Positions 10,717 to 20,369 of a stretch of 64,000 nucleotides of DNA are shown one piece after another. The stretch comes from Pseudomonadales bacterium (GTDB lineage Bacteria > Pseudomonadota > Gammaproteobacteria > Pseudomonadales > IMCC2047). How positions within the stretch are numbered: position 1 is the stretch's first letter; every line of letters starts with the position of its first letter. Below the pieces are notes generated by a model. It did no database searches and was not told where the DNA came from. It saw nothing but the letters and a program-made list of their open reading frames with translations. The position numbers were made by a program, and so were the translations under genes. The stretch is taken from contig OZ246007.1 of the NCBI GenBank assembly GCA_965230515.1, positions 391,337 through 455,336 of the forward strand, read 5' to 3'.

Positions 10717-10742
10717 GAAAAGTAGGGTCAGATCAGACTTTT
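10717..10742 (+). repeat. REP-like repeat, left copy (GTAG-initiated)
   Basis: The sequence is gaaaagtagggtcagatcagactttt. It overlaps the last codons and the stop of the transposase gene. Confidence 0.7.
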
Positions 10743-11419
10743 TGAGGACGCCCCATCTTAGCGGGTGTCACTCTTCGTCCATAGAGCCTTTCTACCCGTT
10801 CCTTAAAATCATCATTTCCTAAAGCTAAACCTGAGTTAATAGATGTGCGTATCTGCTCTACCATTGTTTCCTCCACATTCGCTTTAAACAACGCCCTGTA
10901 GGCGCCAAGCCTGCCGTCTTTATCCTTGCCCAACTTTAAGTATTCTTCGTGGGCTGTGCAAAGTTTCGCGTCAACGCCCAGTGCGTTGCACCGGTAGCTT
11001 GACCAAGTATACTCTGACGGTTCCCCCACCATACCAGCCCGAACCGGGTTTAGTTCTATATAACGATAACATCGCAATAGATAAGTGCATGACTGGACAA
11101 GGCTTGACTTAAACCGACCTTCCCAGAGTGTTCCCGTACGGCAGTACTGATCATTGAAGTAACGGACATAACGGCGTCCGACAGATTGCATCATTCTAGA
11201 TACACCATCTTCACTGGAGGGTGTAACCAGCAAATGCACATGGTTGGTCATAAACACCCAGGCATGAATTGCAACCTGACATTCATCCGCGTATTGCCTT
11301 AACCAATTTGCATAAGCCGAAAAATCCTTTTCAGCAGCGAAACAAACACTGCGGTTATTGCCACGTTGAATAACGTGTTGTGCTATGCCCGGTGGACAAA
11401 AACGAGGTAAACGAGCCAT
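10733..11419 (-). CDS. REP-associated tyrosine transposase (RayT / IS200-like Y1 HUH transposase)
   Basis: It has the N-terminal motif HVIQRGNNR, the HUH motif (NHVHLLV) and the C-terminal YIELNPVRAGMV...YxWSSY region typical of the TnpA_REP family. Confidence 0.8.
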   Translation of the reverse strand: MARLPRFCPPGIAQHVIQRGNNRSVCFAAEKDFSAYANWLRQYADECQVAIHAWVFMTNHVHLLVTPSSEDGVSRMMQSVGRRYVRYFNDQYCRTGTLWEGRFKSSLVQSCTYLLRCYRYIELNPVRAGMVGEPSEYTWSSYRCNALGVDAKLCTAHEEYLKLGKDKDGRLGAYRALFKANVEETMVEQIRTSINSGLALGNDDFKERVERLYGRRVTPAKMGRPQKV

Positions 11420-11480
11420 GGTTGCGTCCTTGTAACCATTGAAATATGAGCGGTAAGTTTAACCTATCTGAATAGTTTTC

Positions 11481-11506
11481 GAAAAGTCTGATCTGACCCT
11501 ACTTTT
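11481..11506 (-). repeat. REP-like repeat, right copy (inverted)
   Basis: aaaagtctgatctgaccctacttttc is the exact reverse complement of 10717-10742. Confidence 0.7.
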
Positions 11507-11611
11507 CAGAAATAAAGATTGTCAATATATGCTATTAATTTACCATGAACATCACTTTATTATGAATGGAGCAGGTGCCTGACTACACAGGGCGGGCCTC
11601 ATTCAATTACA

Positions 11612-12211
11612 ATGTGGCATTCACTTGGGAATAGTCCTTTGACCGACAAACAATTCATCACTGCAGAGCAATTACTTGACGATGCCTTTCAACTGGGAGC
11701 TAAGGTGCTTGAAAGTGGTTTCGCGCCCGATTTTATCGTCGCGATATGGCGAGGAGGCACACCAATCGGCATTGCGATTCAAGAGTTATTGGACTATTGC
11801 GGAATCGCCTCAGATCATATCGCTATTCGAACCTCCTACTACACAGGTATTGGACAAACCAGGCAGTCCGTTGAAGTGCACGGATTAAACTACATTATCA
11901 ATCGGGTGGACGCTAAAAATCGTTTACTTTTGGTTGACGATGTATTTGATACCGGTGCCAGTATCGATCAGGTTATCCACCATTTAACTGAAGCGTGCGA
12001 TGGTCGTTGCCCGGAGATTCGTGTTGCTACGCCCTATTTCAAACCCGACAACAATACCACCAATCGCGTCCCCGACTATTATCTGCATGAGTCAGACCAT
12101 TGGCTGGTTTTTCCTCACGAATTAAACGGCTTGAGCACGGATGAAATTAAACAGCACAAACCAGGTGTTGAAACCATTAAAGAACTGTTGCTTGAGCGAG
12201 CGCAGGACTAA
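11612..12211 (+). CDS. Phosphoribosyltransferase (purine PRT-like)
   Basis: It has a PRPP-binding loop (LLLVDDVFDTGASI). The overall layout resembles hypoxanthine/xanthine PRTs. Confidence 0.65.
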   Translation: MWHSLGNSPLTDKQFITAEQLLDDAFQLGAKVLESGFAPDFIVAIWRGGTPIGIAIQELLDYCGIASDHIAIRTSYYTGIGQTRQSVEVHGLNYIINRVDAKNRLLLVDDVFDTGASIDQVIHHLTEACDGRCPEIRVATPYFKPDNNTTNRVPDYYLHESDHWLVFPHELNGLSTDEIKQHKPGVETIKELLLERAQD

Positions 12212-12229
12212 CCAGAGGCTTCTTTCCGA

Positions 12230-13702
12230 ATGGCCAACAATGGTAAGTTCAGCATTTTGTTCAGTGGCGACCTTCAGGCCGGGGTTAAGCGTGATACAGC
12301 GCTAAACAATATCGCGCACCTAACTAATCTGGATCCAGAGGAGTTGCTGGACGAGCTGTTTTCGGTTAAACCAATCATCATTAATCAGGTCGACAGCCGA
12401 GAGCTGGCCGATAGCTACCTGAACGCTTTTACCAATGCCGGGTTGCAGGTATCAGTAGAGCCTTATCAGGACGATCATGATGAGATCTTGAACGTAGAGA
12501 TTAGCTTTAGCCATTATGCCCCCCTGGAGCGGCAGCAAATAGACCCCAATTTCCAGATTGACGCTGCGACACAACCGGAACAGGAACCACAACCAGAGCC
12601 GATATCTGAGAAAACAGATAACGGCGTAACAGCGCCAGAACACGACAGGACCCAGTATCGAGTTATTTTTAACGGCCAGTTGGAAGCTGGTATTTCCAAG
12701 CAGGCTGCGATTGAAAATGTGGCGTTGTTGACAAACTCCTCGCAGGAATTGGTCACTGAACAGGTCTTTTCGGTGGTTCCCGTCAGCTTAATCGAAACTG
12801 ATGATCCTGAGTTGGCGCAAAACTATCAGCGCAGCTTCGCAAAAGCCGGCTTATGCGTCGATTTGACTCAGCTGGATGAGTTCAGCGAAATACTCGCTAC
12901 CAGTTGCTTGCGCGTACGCCAGGATGCCCCGCCGCCACCCGCAACCAAGACAACACCTCCCTTTGTCTATCTGGCTGGAGGGCTGTTAGCGCTGGTCTTC
13001 ATTCTGTGGTCCGGTGTATTTCTCTTTTATAAAGGCTATTTTGATCAACCCAAAACACCTGTATTAGCGGTGCGACTTGCACCAGTGACACCAGCCCCCG
13101 CAGAACCACCCCCGGATAGCATCCCCGCAAAAAGCGAACAGGCACCTAAGCCTGTTATTGAAGAGATTAAGATTCCACCTGTAGAAAAGAAAAAACCAAA
13201 GGCAATACCAATACCAAAAGCGCCGGTTCGGGCGGTTGTAAAACCGGATAATCAAACTGCTTTGGTTAAACAGGTGCTGACACCTCCGCCCAAGCCGACA
13301 CCCGCCAAACCTGTGCAGCCAACACAAGATGTACACAAAGCAACTGTTGCATCAGAATCCAGGCAAGTCGACGTCAGACCCGCCATTTCCGCTGAACAAA
13401 AAAAGCAGCTTGAGCAGGAATATTTTATCGAGCTATTGAATTGGTTTGCACGGCCTGAACATCAACAATATGACGCGCAGACAAGAAAACTGAATCTTAA
13501 AGGTGAGATCAAGGTTACGATTCATATTTATCGGGATGGCTTAATAAAGAATGTGCAGGTGCTGGAAAGCAGTTCGGACCAACTCAGTGAAATCACCCGG
13601 CAAAGTGCTTACAACGCAAGCCCCTACCCTCCGGTGCCGCAGCACATCCCCGGAGATAGTTATCAGTTCACACTACCGCTCAAATATACACTTGATCAAT
13701 AA
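12230..13702 (+). CDS. TonB-like protein with a duplicated cytoplasmic N-terminal module
   Basis: Two ~70-aa repeats (FSILFSGDLQAGV... and YRVIFNGQLEAGI...) are followed by a central TM helix (FVYLAGGLLALVFILWSGVFLFY), a Pro/Lys-rich spacer and a TonB-C-like end (IKVTIHIYRDGLIKNVQVLESS...). Confidence 0.6.
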   Translation: MANNGKFSILFSGDLQAGVKRDTALNNIAHLTNLDPEELLDELFSVKPIIINQVDSRELADSYLNAFTNAGLQVSVEPYQDDHDEILNVEISFSHYAPLERQQIDPNFQIDAATQPEQEPQPEPISEKTDNGVTAPEHDRTQYRVIFNGQLEAGISKQAAIENVALLTNSSQELVTEQVFSVVPVSLIETDDPELAQNYQRSFAKAGLCVDLTQLDEFSEILATSCLRVRQDAPPPPATKTTPPFVYLAGGLLALVFILWSGVFLFYKGYFDQPKTPVLAVRLAPVTPAPAEPPPDSIPAKSEQAPKPVIEEIKIPPVEKKKPKAIPIPKAPVRAVVKPDNQTALVKQVLTPPPKPTPAKPVQPTQDVHKATVASESRQVDVRPAISAEQKKQLEQEYFIELLNWFARPEHQQYDAQTRKLNLKGEIKVTIHIYRDGLIKNVQVLESSSDQLSEITRQSAYNASPYPPVPQHIPGDSYQFTLPLKYTLDQ

Positions 13703-13720
13703 CGAGGCCTCTCCGCCAGC

Positions 13721-15430
13721 CTATTTGGACGCCTGGTTGCGCGCTATAATGCGCGGCTCGGATACAGCAACAAAATCACCACGATCATTTACACTGATTG
13801 CCTGGGTAGCACCCATATAGTTGCGCACCTTAATCTGGTGTCCACGCCTGATCAGCTCTTTGCTGATCGACTCCGGCATGGTTTTTTCCGTTAACAACAG
13901 GTCAGGTTTCCACTGGTGATGCACGCGAACGGAAGCCAGCGCTTCCGCTAGAGACATATTCAAATCAACCCTGTTTACCAGCCCCTGCACCACTTGCGTA
14001 ATGATGGTGGGGCCTCCTGCTGCGCCAAGCGTGAGAACGGGTTTACCCTCTTTGAGCAACAGAGTCGGACTCATACTCGACAGCGGTCTTTTGCCAGGCT
14101 GAATACTATTGGCCTCAACACCCACCAGTCCAAATGCATTGGCGACACCCGGCTGCATTGAAAAATCATCCATCTGATTGTTCATCATCACGCCAGTGCC
14201 AGGTATCATCACTTTCGAACCAAACGAGGTATTCAATGTGGTCGTAATGGCCACCCAGTTACCCGCTTTATCGGCGGCAGAAATATGCGTAGTGTGTTTA
14301 CCAAAGAAATCGACATCTGCACGAGGCGGCTGCCCCTGATGCGCTACCGGATGAACTTTTGCCATGTTAATTGACTGGCCGAGGCTTTGCGCATAAGACT
14401 TGTCGATCAATCCTTTCGGGACTTGCGCAAAATCGGGATCTCCCAGCCAGTATGCGCGGTCGGCAAAGGCCAGTTTCATCGCCTCTGCCAGCAAATGATA
14501 TCTGTCGACTTTTGGCAGCTCGGCCAGATTAAAAGGCTCCAGTATATTCAGTATTTGAGCAACATGAACCCCTCCCGAACTGGGCGGCGGAAAGCCTGCC
14601 AGTTGATAACCCCGGTATTCCGTGATCAACGGCTCTCTTTTTTTAATGACGTAGTTTTCAAAATCACCGGCCGTTACAATACCGTCATTGCGTTGCATCC
14701 ATTGCCCCACCGACTGGGCAAACTCTCCTCGATAGAAATAATTTATGCCTTTTGTTGCTATCTTACGATAGGTTTCAGCAAGATCTTTTTGAACAAGCCG
14801 GTCACCCGCGGACAGCGGTGTACCATCCTCTTTCAACAATACTGCTTTTGATGCCGGAAACTGTGCGATTCGGTCAGCAACCCAACTTAATCGCATGGCG
14901 AACACCTCGTCGACTGCAAATCCGCGGTCGGCGAGCTGTATACCGGCTGCCAATGTGTCGGATAATCGCTTATTCCCTCCCTGCGCCAACAAGTAATCGT
15001 AGGCTGCGAGAGAGCCCGGGATTCCAATAGCCAGTGCGCCGGTTTTACTCAAACGTTTATCTGCTACGCCGTTACGCACATACATATCACGATGCGCCGC
15101 CCCAGGGGCCATCTCACGGCCATCGATCGCTTCGATACGACCATCAGCCCAGCGAATGAGAATAAAACAGCCGCCGCCAATACCTGAGTTATGACCATCA
15201 ACGACGCCGAGCGTCAGGGCCGCGGTCACAGCGGCATCGACCGCATTACCGCCTTGCGCATAGATTTCCATCGCTGCCTGCGTTGCCCTAGGGTTAATCG
15301 TTGCGATGGCTCCACTGCCATCATCCGTAACAGCACTATACCGTGCTGCCGTGGCGGTGTTTAAACCGGTTAAAGTCAGAAACAGCAGGCATAAAACACT
15401 AAATATCGGTATACGCAATTTAATAGTCAT
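13721..15430 (-). CDS. ggt: Gamma-glutamyltranspeptidase
   Basis: It has a signal peptide from MTIKLRIPIF, the catalytic Thr region (GKHTTHISAADKAGN) and GGGCFILI. Confidence 0.9.
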   Translation of the reverse strand: MTIKLRIPIFSVLCLLFLTLTGLNTATAARYSAVTDDGSGAIATINPRATQAAMEIYAQGGNAVDAAVTAALTLGVVDGHNSGIGGGCFILIRWADGRIEAIDGREMAPGAAHRDMYVRNGVADKRLSKTGALAIGIPGSLAAYDYLLAQGGNKRLSDTLAAGIQLADRGFAVDEVFAMRLSWVADRIAQFPASKAVLLKEDGTPLSAGDRLVQKDLAETYRKIATKGINYFYRGEFAQSVGQWMQRNDGIVTAGDFENYVIKKREPLITEYRGYQLAGFPPPSSGGVHVAQILNILEPFNLAELPKVDRYHLLAEAMKLAFADRAYWLGDPDFAQVPKGLIDKSYAQSLGQSINMAKVHPVAHQGQPPRADVDFFGKHTTHISAADKAGNWVAITTTLNTSFGSKVMIPGTGVMMNNQMDDFSMQPGVANAFGLVGVEANSIQPGKRPLSSMSPTLLLKEGKPVLTLGAAGGPTIITQVVQGLVNRVDLNMSLAEALASVRVHHQWKPDLLLTEKTMPESISKELIRRGHQIKVRNYMGATQAISVNDRGDFVAVSEPRIIARNQASK

Positions 15431-15504
15431 GGTGATTTCGATGTTTAAGAAACGAAGCAAGTCAACTTGGCACTTATCTTAACTGCTTGAATGCCGTTAG
15501 GCGA

Positions 15505-15540
15505 GAAAAAGAAAAAGCCCATACCCGATCAGGCATGAGC
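15505..15540 (-). terminator. Rho-independent terminator after thrH
   Basis: On the minus strand, GCTCATGCC-loop-GGTATGGGC is followed by TTTTTCTTTTTC. Confidence 0.55.
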
Positions 15541-15569
15541 TTCAATCTCTTTTAAATTCAACGACGTGT

Positions 15570-16181
15570 TTATAAAGCCCGATCGCTGGCCTTTATAAAT
15601 TCAGCTTTCAACTCGTCGTAACTGTTGACTGCCGGAAACTGTGGGAACTCTTCAATGACATTACCAGGCGCGCGAAACAGAATACCTGCGTCCGCTTCGG
15701 CCAACATGGTGGTATCGTTATAGGAGTCCCCGGCTGCAATACAGCGATAGTTGAGTTGATGGAATGCCTTGATGGATTCCCTTTTCGGATCTGCCTGGCG
15801 AAGAAAATAGTCTTTGATATTACCCTGATCGTCGATGCCCAGGCGATGGCAGAACAGTGTCGGATAACCCAACTGCCGCATCAGGGGCTTGGCAAATTCA
15901 TAAAACGTATCGGATAAAATAATGACCTGAAAATTCTCATTGAGCCAATCGATAAATTCTTTGGCTCCCTCCAAAGGTGACATATTATCGATCACCGCCT
16001 GAATATCCTTGATGCCCAGATTATGCTTTTCCAGCAAGGCCAGGCGCTGCTTCATCAGAACATCGTAATCCGGAATATCTCTCGTAGTGGCGCGTAATTC
16101 ATCAATACCGGTGCGTTCCGCCAAACCGATCCAGATTTCAGGGATCAATACCCCTTCCAAGTCAAGGCATGCAAGTTCCAC
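15570..16181 (-). CDS. thrH: Phosphoserine phosphatase / homoserine phosphotransferase ThrH
   Basis: It is near-colinear with Pseudomonas ThrH (MELACLDLEGVLIPEIW...TTRDIPDYDVLMKQRL...AAGDSYNDTTML). Confidence 0.85.
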   Translation of the reverse strand: MELACLDLEGVLIPEIWIGLAERTGIDELRATTRDIPDYDVLMKQRLALLEKHNLGIKDIQAVIDNMSPLEGAKEFIDWLNENFQVIILSDTFYEFAKPLMRQLGYPTLFCHRLGIDDQGNIKDYFLRQADPKRESIKAFHQLNYRCIAAGDSYNDTTMLAEADAGILFRAPGNVIEEFPQFPAVNSYDELKAEFIKASDRAL

Positions 16182-16277
16182 TTATTTCTCCAAGCGACAA
16201 TGAAGGTGCGCACTCTAACGCTTTACGGGGGGCGATTCAAGACAGGTTCGTTGTAAAACTCGGTAGCCGGACACAGA

Positions 16278-17273
<996 letters not shown>

Positions 17274-17278
17274 TTATA

Positions 17279-17313
17279 TGCTTATATATGTATAGGGTAT
17301 AAAAATATAAGCA
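17279..17313. promoter_or_regulatory. 9-bp inverted repeat in the cysB/TauE divergent promoter region
   Basis: TGCTTATAT-N17-ATATAAGCA lies within an AT-rich spacer. It is a possible LysR-type operator. Confidence 0.3.
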
Positions 17314-17414
17314 AATATTCCTTTAAAGAATACACCTAAACAGCTAACTTTACCACCCGTAGCAACGCCTGCATGGTTGCTCTTACCGAATTGAAACAAA
17401 GGCCGGTCCCAAGC

Positions 17415-18197
17415 ATGGAATTTTTCTTATACGCTCTTGCGGGAGCAAGTGTTGGTTTTGCCATTGGGCTGACCGGTGTGGGCGGTGGTTCGCTCATGAC
17501 TCCTTTGCTTTTGCTGTTTGGATTCCCTCCCCATATCGCCGTGGGTACTGACCTGATGTATGCGGCCGTGACTAAATCGGGGGGTGTCATATTGCATCGT
17601 CGTAATAATACGATTCGTTTTCGAATTGTATTATTGTTGGCTGCAGGTAGTGTTCCAGCGTCACTTATTACAATATGGGCGCTAAAGAACTTTTTTCCCA
17701 GTCCGGAGCATTATTCGCACATATTAAGCAGCAGCCTGGGTGTTATGCTGATCATTACCGGAGCCGTCATTCTGCTCAAACAGCGTTTGCAGGCACATGC
17801 AGAAAAAACACCAACCAGGTGGCAGCAGTGGGTTAATCGACATGCGCTCTACCTCACCCTTACAATGGGCATATTTCTGGGTATCTTTGTTACTCTGTCA
17901 TCGGTCGGAGCGGGAGCTTTTGGTGCTGCTGTGCTACTGGTACTTTATCCCCTGCTTCCATCGGTGCATGTTATCGGTACCGATCTGGCGCACGCGGTTC
18001 CACTGACCCTGATTGCAGGACTGGGTCATTTCTTTCTTGGTAATGTAGATCTGGTTTTGCTGGCAAGTCTGCTGGTCGGGTCTTTGCCAGCTATCTATTT
18101 TGGCACAAGACTGGGATCAAAAATGCCCGAGCAGGTGAGTCGTCCGCTGTTAGCTTCAGTGCTGCTTCTGCTAGGTACTAAATATGCTTTTTTCTAG
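17415..18197 (+). CDS. TauE/SafE family sulfite/anion exporter
   Basis: It is a polytopic membrane protein with GLTGVGGGSLMTPLLLL near the N-terminus and again in the C-terminal half. The start could alternatively be the ATG at 17373. Confidence 0.75.
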   Translation: MEFFLYALAGASVGFAIGLTGVGGGSLMTPLLLLFGFPPHIAVGTDLMYAAVTKSGGVILHRRNNTIRFRIVLLLAAGSVPASLITIWALKNFFPSPEHYSHILSSSLGVMLIITGAVILLKQRLQAHAEKTPTRWQQWVNRHALYLTLTMGIFLGIFVTLSSVGAGAFGAAVLLVLYPLLPSVHVIGTDLAHAVPLTLIAGLGHFFLGNVDLVLLASLLVGSLPAIYFGTRLGSKMPEQVSRPLLASVLLLLGTKYAFF

Positions 18198-18280
18198 TGT
18201 TTAGAGGTTAGTCATACTGTTTCAGCATGACTAATCAGGTGAGCATCCGGGCACACCTGTTTTGATTTGTGAGTATCAGT

Positions 18281-18790
18281 TTAGCGGTAAAGATCGTAAT
18301 TTTTGGGGTTTTGAAGTTTAACCATGGGTACCAGAAAAACAGGTACCGAAGACTGGTTTAACACAGCCGCGGCCACGGAACCCAATCTCGGAGACTCACT
18401 GGGCTGTGAACTGGTACCAATGACAATCAGGTCCGCACTCACCCGTTGTGCCGTTTCAATAATTACCTGTGCCGGTTTGCCATTTACCACCTGTATACCG
18501 TGTATTAATTCCAGATCACAGTTACATTCGGCAAATTCATCAGCGAAGGCACATTCAACCTGCTCACGTATTTTATCCATCACTTCATTAAATCCACGTT
18601 TACGCAGGTCATCTACCGCTGAGACTGGCATATAAGTGTGGAGAATTGACTCGGCAAAGACCCCCATCGGTTCAATCGCATGAACCGCATGCACTCTTGC
18701 CTCATGCTTTGTGGCCAGTGACATAACATGCTGCAGGAGGTAAGGCGCGTAGAGCCCAAGATCTGTTGCATATAGAATATTTTTAATCAT
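18281..18790 (-). CDS. Universal stress protein (UspA family)
   Basis: MIKNILYATDL...LIVIGTSS...GSVAAAVLNQSSVPVFLV matches the Usp ATP-binding-type fold pattern. Confidence 0.8.
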   Translation of the reverse strand: MIKNILYATDLGLYAPYLLQHVMSLATKHEARVHAVHAIEPMGVFAESILHTYMPVSAVDDLRKRGFNEVMDKIREQVECAFADEFAECNCDLELIHGIQVVNGKPAQVIIETAQRVSADLIVIGTSSQPSESPRLGSVAAAVLNQSSVPVFLVPMVKLQNPKNYDLYR

Positions 18791-18976
18791 TACTAATCTG
18801 CTTACTCGTATCCAAAGTACTTAATACAAAGCATAGCAGTTGTTTAAAAATGCGCTCGTAAATGCACTATAATTTTTTGACTTTTTAATGCCTCATATTT
18901 TTTGTGCTTAACCGCACGCAGATTTATTGATTAGAAATCAGCGATTTGTAAGGCGTTCCTAAAATTGGTGGTGAAC

Positions 18977-19744
18977 TTATAAATTTTTATCTCGATAGGC
19001 AACAATAACCGGCGTAATGAATGGCCAGGGAGTTGCTTTAGTTGACCTGATCTCAGCTCGATCAAATCCGGCTGAAAGCAAACGGCTGATAATATCCTGA
19101 CCATAATTCCGATAAACCAGTATGGGCTCATGTCCTCTAACAGGATCCAGATGGTATTCCGGTGGCAGATGGTGCTTGATTTCCCCTGAGCTGTTTCGGC
19201 TGACACGCTCAACGGTTTGCGCTGCTTTTCCCAGGGGCACGGTAAAAACAAATGTACCACCGGGTTTCAAAATGCGATAGATCTCTGAAAATCCCTTTTG
19301 ATCATCGGGCACGTGTTCAAAAACTTCAGTCGATGTGCAAAGATCAAAGCTCTGATCCGCGTAAGTCAGACACTGCACATCCTGACATTGCACGCCATTG
19401 TATATCTCGCCCGGACTTATCTGCTCATAAAATTCCGAGCAACTGACCTGGGGGTAATGTGTTCTCAGATAGTTTAGCAGTGGGCCTCTGGCTGACAGTT
19501 CATAACAGGTATTTCCCTCGCCGCCGGGTTTAACTTCTTTTAAGATTTGCACCAGTGACAATGTAATGCTGGTTGATCGACAGATGATGCAGCGTAAAGA
19601 AATCTCATTATCAGCCAGTTTTAGCATTGGTCTACGCGCATCACACACAGCACAGTGATGCCACTTGAGCGAACACGATCGCCAATCGATTAACCTGACC
19701 ACGCGCCATATCTGGCTGAGATACCCCGTATTACTGATAAACAT
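18977..19744 (-). CDS. Class I SAM-dependent methyltransferase with an N-terminal Cys4 ribbon
   Basis: Two CxxC pairs (CAVCDA...CIICRS) precede a Methyltransf_11-like core (FDLCTSTEVFEHVPD...ILKPGGTFVFTVP). The ATG overlaps the upstream gene by 14 nt. Confidence 0.7.
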   Translation of the reverse strand: MFISNTGYLSQIWRVVRLIDWRSCSLKWHHCAVCDARRPMLKLADNEISLRCIICRSTSITLSLVQILKEVKPGGEGNTCYELSARGPLLNYLRTHYPQVSCSEFYEQISPGEIYNGVQCQDVQCLTYADQSFDLCTSTEVFEHVPDDQKGFSEIYRILKPGGTFVFTVPLGKAAQTVERVSRNSSGEIKHHLPPEYHLDPVRGHEPILVYRNYGQDIISRLLSAGFDRAEIRSTKATPWPFITPVIVAYRDKNL

Positions 19745-20177
19745 TTCCTCCCTGCTTAAGCCAACCGTCTACATGCCGGCCTGACGGGTCTTTGTGCGTC
19801 CAATGAATAACACCACCCTTATTGTTCCATTCATACTCACCAAAAAACTCCACCCAGTCATCCACCTGCAAACTCTCTATACGCGGAGCCAGATCGATAT
19901 TGTGAGCTACTAGAATTGTACTGCCCTGGTTAAGCTGCAATATAAACCGCTGATGCCTGCTTCCTTTAAGATCATCTTCAAGCAGTCGAATCACCCTGGC
20001 TCGCCCTTTCACCTGCACATCGCTGCGACGCGACTCAATCGCCTCGACCAGCTTCTGGTTATCAAAGGACTGAGAACCGGTTTTCAGAAGGCCGGGGTTT
20101 TCTGTGTCGCTGTATTCAATCAGCAACCAGCTCACCACCACCAGCAGGCATGCTAAAAGTGTTTTAATTTTCATCAA
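19731..20177 (-). CDS. DUF3465 family secreted protein
   Basis: A signal peptide is followed by the characteristic KGSRHQRFIL...IAHNIDLAPR...EYEWNNKGGVIHWTH pattern. Confidence 0.6.
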   Translation of the reverse strand: MMKIKTLLACLLVVVSWLLIEYSDTENPGLLKTGSQSFDNQKLVEAIESRRSDVQVKGRARVIRLLEDDLKGSRHQRFILQLNQGSTILVAHNIDLAPRIESLQVDDWVEFFGEYEWNNKGGVIHWTHKDPSGRHVDGWLKQGGNVYQ

Positions 20178-20369
20178 ACCTCACCATTTTCCGGGTTTTT
20201 TAAATAGCCAGTTCTCTTGCATACGAGCTGGGTGGTGCTTACTTTAGTAATTTCATGCCCTCTCCCATCACCTTTTATTATTCTCCCAGGGTACTCGCCC
20301 GCGAGGCTACCTCGAAAGTCCAATCACTGCCCCCCCTTTTGAAATTTTCGCAAAAACTTCAGTATTGTT

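Larger units (their letters stand above)
10717..11506 (-). mobile_element. REPtron-like unit: RayT-type transposase gene bracketed by inverted REP-like repeats
   Basis: A 26-bp perfect inverted repeat (gaaaaGTAGGGTCAGATCAGACtttt at 10717-10742; its reverse complement at 11481-11506) flanks a Y1 HUH transposase gene. Confidence 0.7.

Noticed and set aside
18927-18941. FNR/ANR-like half-sites TTGAT...ATCAg upstream of the usp gene
   Set aside because: The half-sites are separated by 5 nt rather than the required 4, so this is not a canonical box. An alternative register gives poor half-site matches.
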